Part shown: in pieces, positions 42,342 to 50,971 of the stretch
How the letters are laid out: every line of letters begins with the position of its first letter
Numbering within the stretch: position 1 is the stretch's first letter
DNA from: Anaerolineae bacterium
Lineage (GTDB): Bacteria > Chloroflexota > Anaerolineae > Epilineales > Epilineaceae
NCBI GenBank assembly: GCA_044228875.1
Contig: JBGAUA010000003.1
Coordinates: 8,401 to 72,400 of the forward strand
DNA: 64,000 bases
Direction of reading: 5' to 3'
Made by a program: the position numbers and the translations under genes
Notes under the pieces: model-generated
The model's database searches: none
Seen by the model: only the letters and a program-made list of their open reading frames with translations
What the model was told of the DNA's origin: nothing

Positions 42342-44078
42342 ATGCTAGGGCCATCCCCTGCCGCGGGCAGGCGCTGGCTGCTGATCAGCCTCGTCCTGTA
42401 TCTGGCACTGCGCATCCTGGCCCTGGCCTCCGTGGCGGTGCTCGAAGACCGCGACAGCACGAGCCTGATCCGTGACGCCCAGGTCTTCGCCAGTTGGGAT
42501 GCGGCCCGGATCATCGACCTGCGCCCGGATGCCACGCCGCTCTACCCGCTGCTGACCGCTGTCGCGAACCGCCTGGGCATGTCCTGGGTCTTCGGCGCCC
42601 GCTTCGTATCCTGGTTGGCCGCCGCCCTGTTGGCCTTGGCGATGACCGGCATCGCGCTGCGGCTGGCGCCTCCTGACGCTTCAGGTCCGCCGGCTCCGGA
42701 ACGCTCGGCGACGGCACGGTCCTGGACCCTCCACGTCGCCGCGGCCGGCGTGGCGGTCATGGCCCTCAGCCCCACCTTGGTGGACCTGTCTCGCTCTGTG
42801 CTCACCGAGGGTCTGTACATCGCCGTGGTCTACGGTGGCCTGTGGCTGCTGCTTCGCCGTGGCGCCGCCCCGAGCCGGCGCGGCGCCATGCTTCTGGGGG
42901 CCGTCTTCGCCCTGGCATTCCTGGCGCGAACCGAAGGCCTGCTCTACCTGGCTGCCGTTCCCGTCATCCGGCTTGCCACCGCCTGGAGCGCGGACCGCGG
43001 ATCCGGCGGCAGGACGCGGTGGGTGTCCAGCACTCGCACCTGGCTGTCCTGGTCCGCCGCCTATGCCCTGGGCTTTGGGCTGCTGGCGCTGCCGCAGGTC
43101 TGGCGGGTGAGCCGGTCCATGGGGCAACCGGCATTCAACGGACGCCAGGTCTGGCAAGTCATCCTGAACCAACCAGGCGACAAGCCGTACGAGCAGAAGA
43201 TCTACGGGCTGGACCACAGCCCTTACCAGATCAACCTGGTCTACATCCAGAGCCATCCCGAGCAGGCGCGGCTCATGGCCGGCAACGTGGCCGGCTCCGA
43301 CCTTGTCGCCAAGGCCGCCGGCCTTGGGCGAGGCTTCCTGACCCGAAGCCTGCCCCGGCTCATCAGCCCGCTCGGCCTGCTGCTGGCCGCCCTGGGCGTG
43401 ATGGCGCTCTGGCAGGCGCGCCGCAGGGCGGACCTGGCATGGATGGGTCTCTTCCTGGGCGCCAGTCTGGCCGCCCCCTTGCTGCACGACCTGGACCCCC
43501 GCCACCTGGCGGTGTCCCTGCCAGTCCTCGCGCTCTTGCAGGGCATCGGCCTGGTCTGGCTGGCGGGTGCTTCGCCACCCGGTCTGGGGACGCCGCTCCT
43601 CCCGAAGGTCGCGGCGCGACCAAGGGTCGCGATGCGCGCGGCCTTGACGGTCGCGACCTTGGCCGGCCTGCTCTTGGGCATGCGAAAGGACCTGGCTTTG
43701 GCGACATGGCCGCCACCTGAGAGTCGCGACTACGCCATGGCCGATCAACAGGCGCTGCTGACGGCGCTCCGCCAGGCCGATTGGCCGAAGCCGGTGGATG
43801 GGCTGCGGATCACCGCCCGTCAGGGCTACTTCTCGCTGGCTGCCGGTGCCCAGGAAGTCTACCTGCCTTTCGCCGACTACGAGGCTTTGGTGACGTATTG
43901 CCGTTTCAACCAGGTGGACGTCCTTCTGCTGGAGCACGATCTCCTGGAACGCTACCCTTTCCTGCCGCGCTTCGCGGCGGAGAGCTCGCCGGACTTCATC
44001 CGCGTCCATCGCCACGTCAGCCCCAGCCATGGCCTCCTGGAGCTTTACCGCTTCAGCCCGCGCGGGGACGGATCGTGA
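42342..44078 (+). CDS. GT-C fold polytopic membrane glycosyltransferase (ArnT/PMT-like, GT39/GT83-type)
   Basis: Many TM helices, a first-loop acidic motif VLEDRDSTSLIRDA, and a periplasm/exterior-type C-terminal soluble domain. The track ORF start at 41466 is antisense to the methyltransferase and rejected; ATG 42342 is used. Confidence 0.75.
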   Translation: MLGPSPAAGRRWLLISLVLYLALRILALASVAVLEDRDSTSLIRDAQVFASWDAARIIDLRPDATPLYPLLTAVANRLGMSWVFGARFVSWLAAALLALAMTGIALRLAPPDASGPPAPERSATARSWTLHVAAAGVAVMALSPTLVDLSRSVLTEGLYIAVVYGGLWLLLRRGAAPSRRGAMLLGAVFALAFLARTEGLLYLAAVPVIRLATAWSADRGSGGRTRWVSSTRTWLSWSAAYALGFGLLALPQVWRVSRSMGQPAFNGRQVWQVILNQPGDKPYEQKIYGLDHSPYQINLVYIQSHPEQARLMAGNVAGSDLVAKAAGLGRGFLTRSLPRLISPLGLLLAALGVMALWQARRRADLAWMGLFLGASLAAPLLHDLDPRHLAVSLPVLALLQGIGLVWLAGASPPGLGTPLLPKVAARPRVAMRAALTVATLAGLLLGMRKDLALATWPPPESRDYAMADQQALLTALRQADWPKPVDGLRITARQGYFSLAAGAQEVYLPFADYEALVTYCRFNQVDVLLLEHDLLERYPFLPRFAAESSPDFIRVHRHVSPSHGLLELYRFSPRGDGS

Positions 44079-45130
44079 ACGAGCCCCTGCGCCGCACGGC
44101 GGATCAGCCGCGGCCATTCTCGGCGGCAATGGATGGGCCGCCGGACGCGCCGACGTCAGAGCTCCTGCTCAGCATCGTCATCCCGGCCTACGGGGAGGCG
44201 GGCAACCTGTTCCCGCTGTACGAGGAGATCCTGGAGGCGATGGTGGCGGTTCCCGGCTGGGAGCTGATCATCGTCGACGACGGCAGCCCGGACGACACCT
44301 GGGCGGAGGTGCGGGCGCTGAACGCCCGTGACCCACGGGTGCGAGGGCTGCGCCTCTCGCGCAACTTCGGCCACCAGTACGCCCTGTTCGCCGGCTTGGG
44401 CGCCGCCCGGGGTCAGGCGGTGGTGACGATGGACGCCGATCTGCAGCATCCGCCGGCAGTGATCGGGCAGCTGCTGGAGGAATGGCGCCTTGGCAGCAAG
44501 ATCGTCCACACCCTGCGCATCGACCAAGTGGGCATCAGCTGGCACAAAAAGCTGAGTTCGGCCCTGTTCTACCGGATCTTCTCCTTCCTCAGCGGCGTGG
44601 ACCTGTCGGCGGGCATGGCCGACTTCCGCCTGCTGGACCGCCAGGTGGTCCGCGAGCTGCTGCGCTTCCAGGAAGACGGACTCTTTCTGCGCGGCCTGGT
44701 CCAATGGGTGGGCTTCCCCAGCGTCCGGGTGCCCTTCCAATGCCGCGACCGCCTGGCCAACCGGAGCAAGTACGGCCTGCGCCGCATGCTGCGGCTGGCC
44801 GGCGCGGGCATCACCTCCTTTTCGGTCATCCCCCTGCGACTGGGCATCCTGCTGGGGTTGGTCACCAGCCTCTTCGCCTTCTACCAGCTGGGCGAAGCGC
44901 TCTACGTCCATTACGTTACCGGCCGCACCCTGCCGGGCTGGACCTCCACCTTCGGGGTGATGACCCTGCTCTTCGGCGTGATGTTCATCCTGATGGGCAT
45001 CCTGGGAGAATACCTGGGCCGCATCCTGCTGGAGGTGCGCGGCCGCCCGCGTTTCATCGTCGCCGATGCCATCGGCGAGCCGGCCGGGGCCGAGCCTCCA
45101 CCCGTCGACGTCCGCGGGGCGGGGCGCTGA
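44075..45130 (+). CDS. polyprenyl-phosphate glycosyltransferase (GT2; GtrB/ArnC/DPM1-like) with two C-terminal TM helices
   Basis: LSIVIPAYGEAGNLFPLYEEI...ELIIVDDGSPDDTW...RLSRNFGHQYALFAGL...AVVTMDADLQHPP...WVGF..., with a C-terminal membrane hairpin. GTG 44075 in a GTGA overlap with the GT-C stop; ATG 44129 is the alternative. Confidence 0.9.
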   Translation: MNEPLRRTADQPRPFSAAMDGPPDAPTSELLLSIVIPAYGEAGNLFPLYEEILEAMVAVPGWELIIVDDGSPDDTWAEVRALNARDPRVRGLRLSRNFGHQYALFAGLGAARGQAVVTMDADLQHPPAVIGQLLEEWRLGSKIVHTLRIDQVGISWHKKLSSALFYRIFSFLSGVDLSAGMADFRLLDRQVVRELLRFQEDGLFLRGLVQWVGFPSVRVPFQCRDRLANRSKYGLRRMLRLAGAGITSFSVIPLRLGILLGLVTSLFAFYQLGEALYVHYVTGRTLPGWTSTFGVMTLLFGVMFILMGILGEYLGRILLEVRGRPRFIVADAIGEPAGAEPPPVDVRGAGR

Positions 45131-45138
45131 GAGCCGCC

Positions 45139-46161
45139 ATGCGCACCATTCCCCTGGAACCCCGATACCGGCCGCAATGGGAGCGCTTCGCCACGGAGCA
45201 TCCCGCCGCCACGGTGGCCCATGACCTGCGCTGGGCCACCGTGGTCGAGAACAGCTACAGCCATCAGCCGCGGCACCTGATGGCCTTCGACGGGGACGCG
45301 GTGGCCGGCATCCTGCCCCTCTTCCTGGTGGACGGCGGACCCCTGGGCCGCAGCCTGGTGAGCAGCCCCTTCCTGACCTATGGCGGTGTGGCCGCCAGGG
45401 ATGACGAAGCGGCATGGGCCCTGGCGGAGGCGGCCAGGGCCATGGCCATCTCCCTGGGCGTGGACCATGCCGAGGTGCGCAACGACCGATTGGAGCCGGG
45501 CTTTGCCCACACCAAGACCCTGTACCATACCCTGCGCCTGGATCTCAGCGGAGGGCCGGAGCGCCTGTGGGCCGGTCTGCACGCCTCGGCGCGGCGCAAT
45601 GTGCGCAAAGCCCAGAAGGCGGGACTGGATCTGGTGGAAGGTCTGGAGCATCTGGACGCCTTCGTCGACATCAACCACCGCAACATGCATCGGCTGGGCA
45701 CGCCGGCTCATGGGGGCGCCTTCTTCGGCGAGGTGGCTCGGCAGTTCCCCCAGGCCCGGCTGCTCATGCTGCGCCGGGGGCGGGAAGGGGTTGGCGGGAT
45801 GCTGCTGCTGCCGCACAAGGACACCGTGCACATGCCCTGGGTGGCATCCCTGGAAACGTTCTTCGACCTGCGCCCCAACAACCTGCTCTACTGGGAAGCC
45901 ATCCGCGGCTCCGCCGAGCACGGCTTCGCCAGCTTCGACTTCGGCCGCAGCCGGGAGGACCAGGGTACCTTTCGTTTCAAGGTGCAACATGGGGGCTTGC
46001 CGGTGCCGTTGTACTACCAGTACCACCTGGCCAGCGCCAAGGCCGTCCCGCACCTGGACCCCAGCGCGCCGCGCTTCCGAGCCCTGGTGGCGGTCTGGCG
46101 TCGCCTGCCCTTCCCCCTGGCCCGCGCCTTGGGGCCGCGGCTGATCGGTTGGATCCCGTAG
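45139..46161 (+). CDS. FemAB-family (GNAT-fold) acyl/aminoacyl-transferase, EPS-locus type
   Basis: WERFATEHPAATVAHDLRWATVVENSY...AGILPLFLV...LVSSPFLTYGGV...ARRNVRKAQKAGL...HRNMHRLGTPAHGGAFF...VHMPWVASLETFFDLRPNNLLYWEAI...FDFGRS resembles the FemAB-related proteins found in exopolysaccharide loci. Confidence 0.75.
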   Translation: MRTIPLEPRYRPQWERFATEHPAATVAHDLRWATVVENSYSHQPRHLMAFDGDAVAGILPLFLVDGGPLGRSLVSSPFLTYGGVAARDDEAAWALAEAARAMAISLGVDHAEVRNDRLEPGFAHTKTLYHTLRLDLSGGPERLWAGLHASARRNVRKAQKAGLDLVEGLEHLDAFVDINHRNMHRLGTPAHGGAFFGEVARQFPQARLLMLRRGREGVGGMLLLPHKDTVHMPWVASLETFFDLRPNNLLYWEAIRGSAEHGFASFDFGRSREDQGTFRFKVQHGGLPVPLYYQYHLASAKAVPHLDPSAPRFRALVAVWRRLPFPLARALGPRLIGWIP

Positions 46162-46165
46162 ACCG

Positions 46166-47071
46166 ATGGCGAAGCCCGTGCGGTTTTCTCTGGCGGACCC
46201 TGCAGCGCGCCTGCTCATCGTCCACGCCGACGATTTCGGCCTGTCGTCGGATATCGACGCCGGCATCCTGCGCGCCCACCGCGAAGGAATCGTCACCTCG
46301 GCCTCCTTGGTGGCCGGGGGTGAGTCCTTCTCCGCCGCGGTGGCGGCGGCGCGGGACACGCCCACCTTGGACATCGGCGCTCACCTGACCTTGGTGGGTG
46401 AACGGCCGGTCCTGGACCCGCGGCTGGTACCTAGCCTGGTGGGTCCAGACGGGCGCTTCCACCGCCACGCCAACGGCTTCATCGCCCGCTTCCTGACCGG
46501 AAGGATCGTGATGGGGGAGCTGCGCGCGGAATTGGCTTCCCAGCTCGAACGGCTCCTGGCCACCGGCTTGCCCATCAGCCACCTGGACAGCCACCAGCAC
46601 CTGCACGTCCTGCCGGGGATCAGCCGCCTGACGGCCGAACTGGCCCGCGAACACGGCATCTCTTTCATTCGCCTGCCCCGGGAGCGGCGGCCGCCGGGTC
46701 GGGGATCTGACGCCGGACGGCTGCGGCGCCTTCAGCGCGTGGCCCTTCAAGGCTGCTCGGCCCTGGCACGGCGTCACGGGCCGCGCCAGGGCCGGCGCCA
46801 TCCGGATGCCTTCCACGGCTTCCTCGACGGCGGCCGCTTGGATCGGACAGCCCTGCTGCGCGTGCTGGACGCGGTAGGGCCGGGCCTGAGCGAACTCATG
46901 TGCCACCCAGGGCTGGGGGTGGCGCCCCTGCCCCATCACGTCGACTGGGGCTATCGCTGGTCGGCGGAGCTGGATGCCTTGACGGACCCGCGTGTCCGCG
47001 AGCGCGTGGACGCCCTCAGCCTTCAGCTGGTAGGCTACGGGGAGATCGGCCTTCGGCAAACGGAGACTTGA
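46166..47071 (+). CDS. YdjC/ChbG/HpnK-family carbohydrate deacetylase
   Basis: LLIVHADDFGLSSDIDAGILRAHREGIVTSASLV...DIGAHLTL...ISHLDSHQHLHVLPG are hallmark YdjC metal-binding motifs (D-D...H...H-x-H). Confidence 0.85.
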   Translation: MAKPVRFSLADPAARLLIVHADDFGLSSDIDAGILRAHREGIVTSASLVAGGESFSAAVAAARDTPTLDIGAHLTLVGERPVLDPRLVPSLVGPDGRFHRHANGFIARFLTGRIVMGELRAELASQLERLLATGLPISHLDSHQHLHVLPGISRLTAELAREHGISFIRLPRERRPPGRGSDAGRLRRLQRVALQGCSALARRHGPRQGRRHPDAFHGFLDGGRLDRTALLRVLDAVGPGLSELMCHPGLGVAPLPHHVDWGYRWSAELDALTDPRVRERVDALSLQLVGYGEIGLRQTET

Positions 47072-47159
47072 GCCCCAGAGGGTTGAGGGTTGGGATCCAG
47101 GTGAGGGACGCCGGCACCGACAGGACCACCGGGCCATCCCAGCGGGCGATCGCTGGACC

Positions 47160-48173
47160 TCAGCCGAAGCGCTCGCTCCGCCCAAAGCGCCCCCCGAGGT
47201 AGTCGGCGATCCCCCACAGCACCGCGACCGCGTCGCGCCGCCGGCTGGGGAAGAGCCATCGCAGCGGTTGGCGCGCGGCCAGGGTCATGGTCTCCAGCCA
47301 GCAGCGCCGCCTCGCCGCCCTGTCGCCCCAGCGCCGCGCGAAGCGCAGGCGGTTGCGGATGTTGTAGTAGCGCCGTCGCGCCGGATCCGTGGCGGTGCCG
47401 GCCGACCCCAGATGCAGTACCCATGCCTGCGGCACGTAGCAGATCCGCCAGCCGGCCTCCCGGGCGCGCAGACCCCAGTCCACGTCCTCGAAGTAGAGGT
47501 AGCAGGCTTCGTCGAACGCGCCCACCGCCTCCCAGGCGCGGCGGCTGATCAGGCTGGCCGCGCCGCTGGGGTAGTCCGGATCCGGTGAATGGTCGTACTG
47601 GCCCTCGTCGGCCTCGCCTTCGCCGCGCAAGGCGGCGAAGGCACGTTGGCGGTCGACGGCGCCCCCGGCCCCGTTTAGGATGCCCGGTCGATCGCGATAG
47701 CCCAGCCGGGCCGTTGTTGCCGCGATGCGGGGATCCTCGGCGAGGGCTCGGGCGAGCGCTGCGACCGCTCCCGGCTGGACGAGGGCATCGTCGTTGAGGA
47801 TCAAGACGGCCACCGCACCCATGTCCCAGGCCGCCTGCCCGCCCTGGTTCACTGCTGTCGGCCAACCGCGGTTGTCGGGATTGCGAATGACCCGGATCCA
47901 CAACGGCGGCGCGTTCACACGGGGCATCGTCGCGTCATGGCGAACGCCGTCATCCCTCTCGTGTACCGCTGCGCCCCGCCCCTCCAGCCAGTCGCCCGTT
48001 CCATCCGTAGAGGCATTGTCCACCACCACTGCGCCGACGATCTGGCCCCGGAGCGCGCTCAGGACCTCCGGCAGGCGCTGGCGGGCGTTCCAGGCCGGGA
48101 TGACTGCCCAGACACCCGCCCCGGGCTCCGTGGCGCCGAGCGCGACATCGCCCGACCGATCCGTCGCGGTCAT
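47160..48173 (-). CDS. glycosyltransferase family 2 protein (rhamnosyltransferase-like)
   Basis: WAVIPAWNARQRLPEVLSAL...VVVDNASTDGT...VLILNDDALVQPGAV...YLYFEDVDWGLRAREAGWRICYVPQAWVLH. Confidence 0.85.
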   Translation of the reverse strand: MTATDRSGDVALGATEPGAGVWAVIPAWNARQRLPEVLSALRGQIVGAVVVDNASTDGTGDWLEGRGAAVHERDDGVRHDATMPRVNAPPLWIRVIRNPDNRGWPTAVNQGGQAAWDMGAVAVLILNDDALVQPGAVAALARALAEDPRIAATTARLGYRDRPGILNGAGGAVDRQRAFAALRGEGEADEGQYDHSPDPDYPSGAASLISRRAWEAVGAFDEACYLYFEDVDWGLRAREAGWRICYVPQAWVLHLGSAGTATDPARRRYYNIRNRLRFARRWGDRAARRRCWLETMTLAARQPLRWLFPSRRRDAVAVLWGIADYLGGRFGRSERFG

Positions 48174-49792
48174 GGCCCCGGCATCCCGCGGCCTGTCAAC
48201 CGCCGTCCCAGGTCGCCGAGCAGCGCCTGATCATCGTCGGTCAGCTCGCCCGAGCATCGCAAAGTCGCCAGGGCGGCCGCCGCTCCCGCCGCGCCGCTCA
48301 AGAGCAGCCCCGGCCAAACGGCCGGAAGGCTGGTAATCAGACCTCCGGCCACGAGCCCCCCGATCGCCGCCGCCAGAACCGCTCGGCCATCGGGGAACAG
48401 CTCCCTCGCGCGCAAGCCCTGCTCCAAGGCGAAGGCCGCCAGCATCCACAGCCCGCCGGCGGCCAGGCCGCCGGTCAATCCGCAGGCGACGCCCGCGAGC
48501 CCCCAGGATCGGGCCAGGTAGGCACCGCCCAGGGAGACAGCGGCCGTGCAGAGCCCAGCCGCCGTGCTATGCGCGGGTTGTCCGGCCGCCTGGGTGATCA
48601 AGAAGGCCGGCAGGGCCATGAGGGCCAGCATCCAGCCGGGGCTGAGAATCTGGACCGCTCGAGCCACTTCGGGCGCCGGATCGCCCCCCAGCCACAGCCG
48701 GCAGAAGGCCGGCGCCAGAACGGCCATCAGGCACCAGCCGGGCAGCACCAGCCGGCCGGTCCAGCGCCAGGCCCGGGCGTGCAGATCGAGGATGGCCTGA
48801 CGACGTCCGGCTCCGGCGGAGATGCCGTCCAGCCGGGCCGCGGCGGGAAAGAGCCCCGCGGCAGCGGCCATGCAGGCACCGCCGAACTGGCCCGTGATGC
48901 GCGCGGCGAGTTCGTAGGCCGCCACGGCGCCCAGACCGCTGGCCGCACCCAGGATGACCTTTGCTGCCGGGTCGATCAGGGCGCTGGCCAGGTTGACCGA
49001 CTGAGCATGGCTGCCGAAGCGAAGGAGCTGGGCGGCGACCACCGGCGACAGACCAGGACGGGTTACCGCCAGCACTGGGTTGACGCGAGATAGCTCCCGC
49101 TGGATCCATAGACCGGCCAGTACCGCCATGGCGGCGTTCTTCGCGACGAGACCGACGAGGCCTCCACCGGCCCAGAGCACCGGCAACACCAGCCACGGTG
49201 ACAGCAGGCGCTGGACCACCGCATCGATCAGGTTGACCCGATCCAATCGCCCGAGGCCCTCAAGGGCGGCCTGGCCGGGAGCGAACAGGCCTTCCAGGGC
49301 AGCGACCGCGGCGGTACCCAGGAACACCCAGCCCGCCTCCCGGGCCAGATCGGCCGGTATTCCGAAGCGGGGATCGATCAGAGCGGGCAGGAGGAGCGAC
49401 ACGAGTGCGATAACCCCCAGGCCCACCAGAATCGCGAGGCCGCGAGCGGTGGCCAGGGCCTGGACGGTGGCCGAAACAAGCGGATCGGCGCGCCGCGTCA
49501 GGGCCGCCTGCCGGCTCAGCGCCCGCCCCACGCCCAGGTCCGCCAGCCGCAGCAGACCGATCAGCCCCCCGGCTGCGGCCCAGAGCCCGAAACGCGCCGC
49601 CCCCAGCCGATCCAAGGTGAAAGGGGTCACAAGGAGGGCGCTCAAAGCGCCGATGACCACCCGACCGCCGCCGCTCAGGGCGGAGACCGCCAGCCGCGGC
49701 GTATCCGGGTTCGCGTCGCCGGAAGTCGAGGGCTGATCGGTCGACTTCTGTCGACCTGTTGACGGCGGGTCAACGGTACTGGGTTCTGGCAT
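48170..49792 (-). CDS. polysaccharide flippase (Wzx-like, MOP/MATE superfamily)
   Basis: About 12-14 predicted TM helices with Gly/Ala/Leu-rich composition. N-terminal pattern LVTPFTLDRLGAARFGLWAAAGG is typical of the 'polysaccharide biosynthesis protein' family. ATGA overlap with the downstream GT2. Confidence 0.75.
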   Translation of the reverse strand: MPEPSTVDPPSTGRQKSTDQPSTSGDANPDTPRLAVSALSGGGRVVIGALSALLVTPFTLDRLGAARFGLWAAAGGLIGLLRLADLGVGRALSRQAALTRRADPLVSATVQALATARGLAILVGLGVIALVSLLLPALIDPRFGIPADLAREAGWVFLGTAAVAALEGLFAPGQAALEGLGRLDRVNLIDAVVQRLLSPWLVLPVLWAGGGLVGLVAKNAAMAVLAGLWIQRELSRVNPVLAVTRPGLSPVVAAQLLRFGSHAQSVNLASALIDPAAKVILGAASGLGAVAAYELAARITGQFGGACMAAAAGLFPAAARLDGISAGAGRRQAILDLHARAWRWTGRLVLPGWCLMAVLAPAFCRLWLGGDPAPEVARAVQILSPGWMLALMALPAFLITQAAGQPAHSTAAGLCTAAVSLGGAYLARSWGLAGVACGLTGGLAAGGLWMLAAFALEQGLRARELFPDGRAVLAAAIGGLVAGGLITSLPAVWPGLLLSGAAGAAAALATLRCSGELTDDDQALLGDLGRRLTGRGMPGP

Positions 49793-49824
49793 CGCGGGGG
49801 CGACGGGCGAGATGGGCGGCCTCC

Positions 49825-50949
49825 TCAGGTGAGGATCCGCTCCAATGCCCCCTGGTCCAGAGCGGCGCGCAACTCCATGGCGATGCGCTCGCCCACAGAA
49901 ACCGGGCGGCCATGGAGGTAGGCGCTGTAGGGCGTGGCGACGATGCCCGGCGATCCGGGCACACGAGGGCTGACGTCCACCACGACAAAGTCCTTCTTGG
50001 GTGGTCCGGGCACCACAATGCTCTGCAAGGCGAAGGGCCCGATGACCCCCGGCGGGTACAGCTGCGAAGCGGCGGTGGCGAAGCGCTCACCGGCGGCGAA
50101 GATATCCTCCAGCATGCTCTCCAGAACGGTCACGGCAAAGTGACCCGCCTCCTCGTATTTCAGCGGAATGGCGCCGAGTACCTCTGCCTGAAGTTCGGCC
50201 GGAAGCATCGCCAGACCTCCGATGTTGGTCTGACGCCGAGCATCGGTACCCAACAGCTCGAGGCGACCGTCCAGAGGCGATTGAAAGAAGTTGAAGTTGA
50301 CCGGCGCCCCCAGGACATACTCCTCGATGGTGGCTTCGGCCAGACTGTCCTTGGTAAACACGCCTTCGTTGATCTTGGCGGCCGCCTCGCGTCGGTATTC
50401 GTCTTCGTCGCGGGCGATGAAGAAGGCTCGTTCGAATCCCCGCGCGTTCTCCAAGGCCTTGACCAGCACGGGGCGGTCGATCTCCTCCGGAGTGGCGAAG
50501 ATCAGCGGACGGCGGACGCTGGCAGCGTCCAGGAGGTCATACTGGTTGGGATGCTGGCTGCGCTCCTCGATGCGCAGGAGAAAGCGGTTGCCGAACATGG
50601 GCACGCGGAAGGCGTGCTCGATGGCATCGTAGTCGCTCTGCAGGTAGACCTCAAAGGAGCGGTGGGGGACAAAGACGGCGTGGCGCTCGACCAGCTCAGC
50701 CTGCACCTCCGGCAGCAGGATGTCCGCGAAGCGATCCACCACGATCACGTCGTCCACGCAGCCCCGACCATCCTGAGCCCGGTAATGCTCGGCGTAGGTG
50801 CGCTCTCGGCCCTTCTGGGCGATGACCAGGGTGCGGAAGCCGCCCAGGCGGGCGCCGCGGCAGACCTCCAGGGCCGAATGGCTGCCGAGAACGGCCACGG
50901 TCAGGCGCCCTTCGTCCAGACGGGCGATGGATTCCTTCAACCAAGGCAT
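49825..50949 (-). CDS. purP: archaeal-type 5-formaminoimidazole-4-carboxamide ribonucleotide (FAICAR) synthetase family protein, paralogue B
   Basis: VAVLGSHSALEVCRGARLGG..., VFVPHRSFEVY, RVPMFGNRFLLRIEER, IEEYVLGAPVNFNFFQSPL...LELLGTD.R.QTN, VIGPFALQS, VSVGERIAMEL. Collinear with the MJ0136-type PurP ATP-grasp enzyme. Confidence 0.85.
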   Translation of the reverse strand: MPWLKESIARLDEGRLTVAVLGSHSALEVCRGARLGGFRTLVIAQKGRERTYAEHYRAQDGRGCVDDVIVVDRFADILLPEVQAELVERHAVFVPHRSFEVYLQSDYDAIEHAFRVPMFGNRFLLRIEERSQHPNQYDLLDAASVRRPLIFATPEEIDRPVLVKALENARGFERAFFIARDEDEYRREAAAKINEGVFTKDSLAEATIEEYVLGAPVNFNFFQSPLDGRLELLGTDARRQTNIGGLAMLPAELQAEVLGAIPLKYEEAGHFAVTVLESMLEDIFAAGERFATAASQLYPPGVIGPFALQSIVVPGPPKKDFVVVDVSPRVPGSPGIVATPYSAYLHGRPVSVGERIAMELRAALDQGALERILT

Positions 50950-50971
50950 GGCGGGCGGTCCTTTCCGGGGA

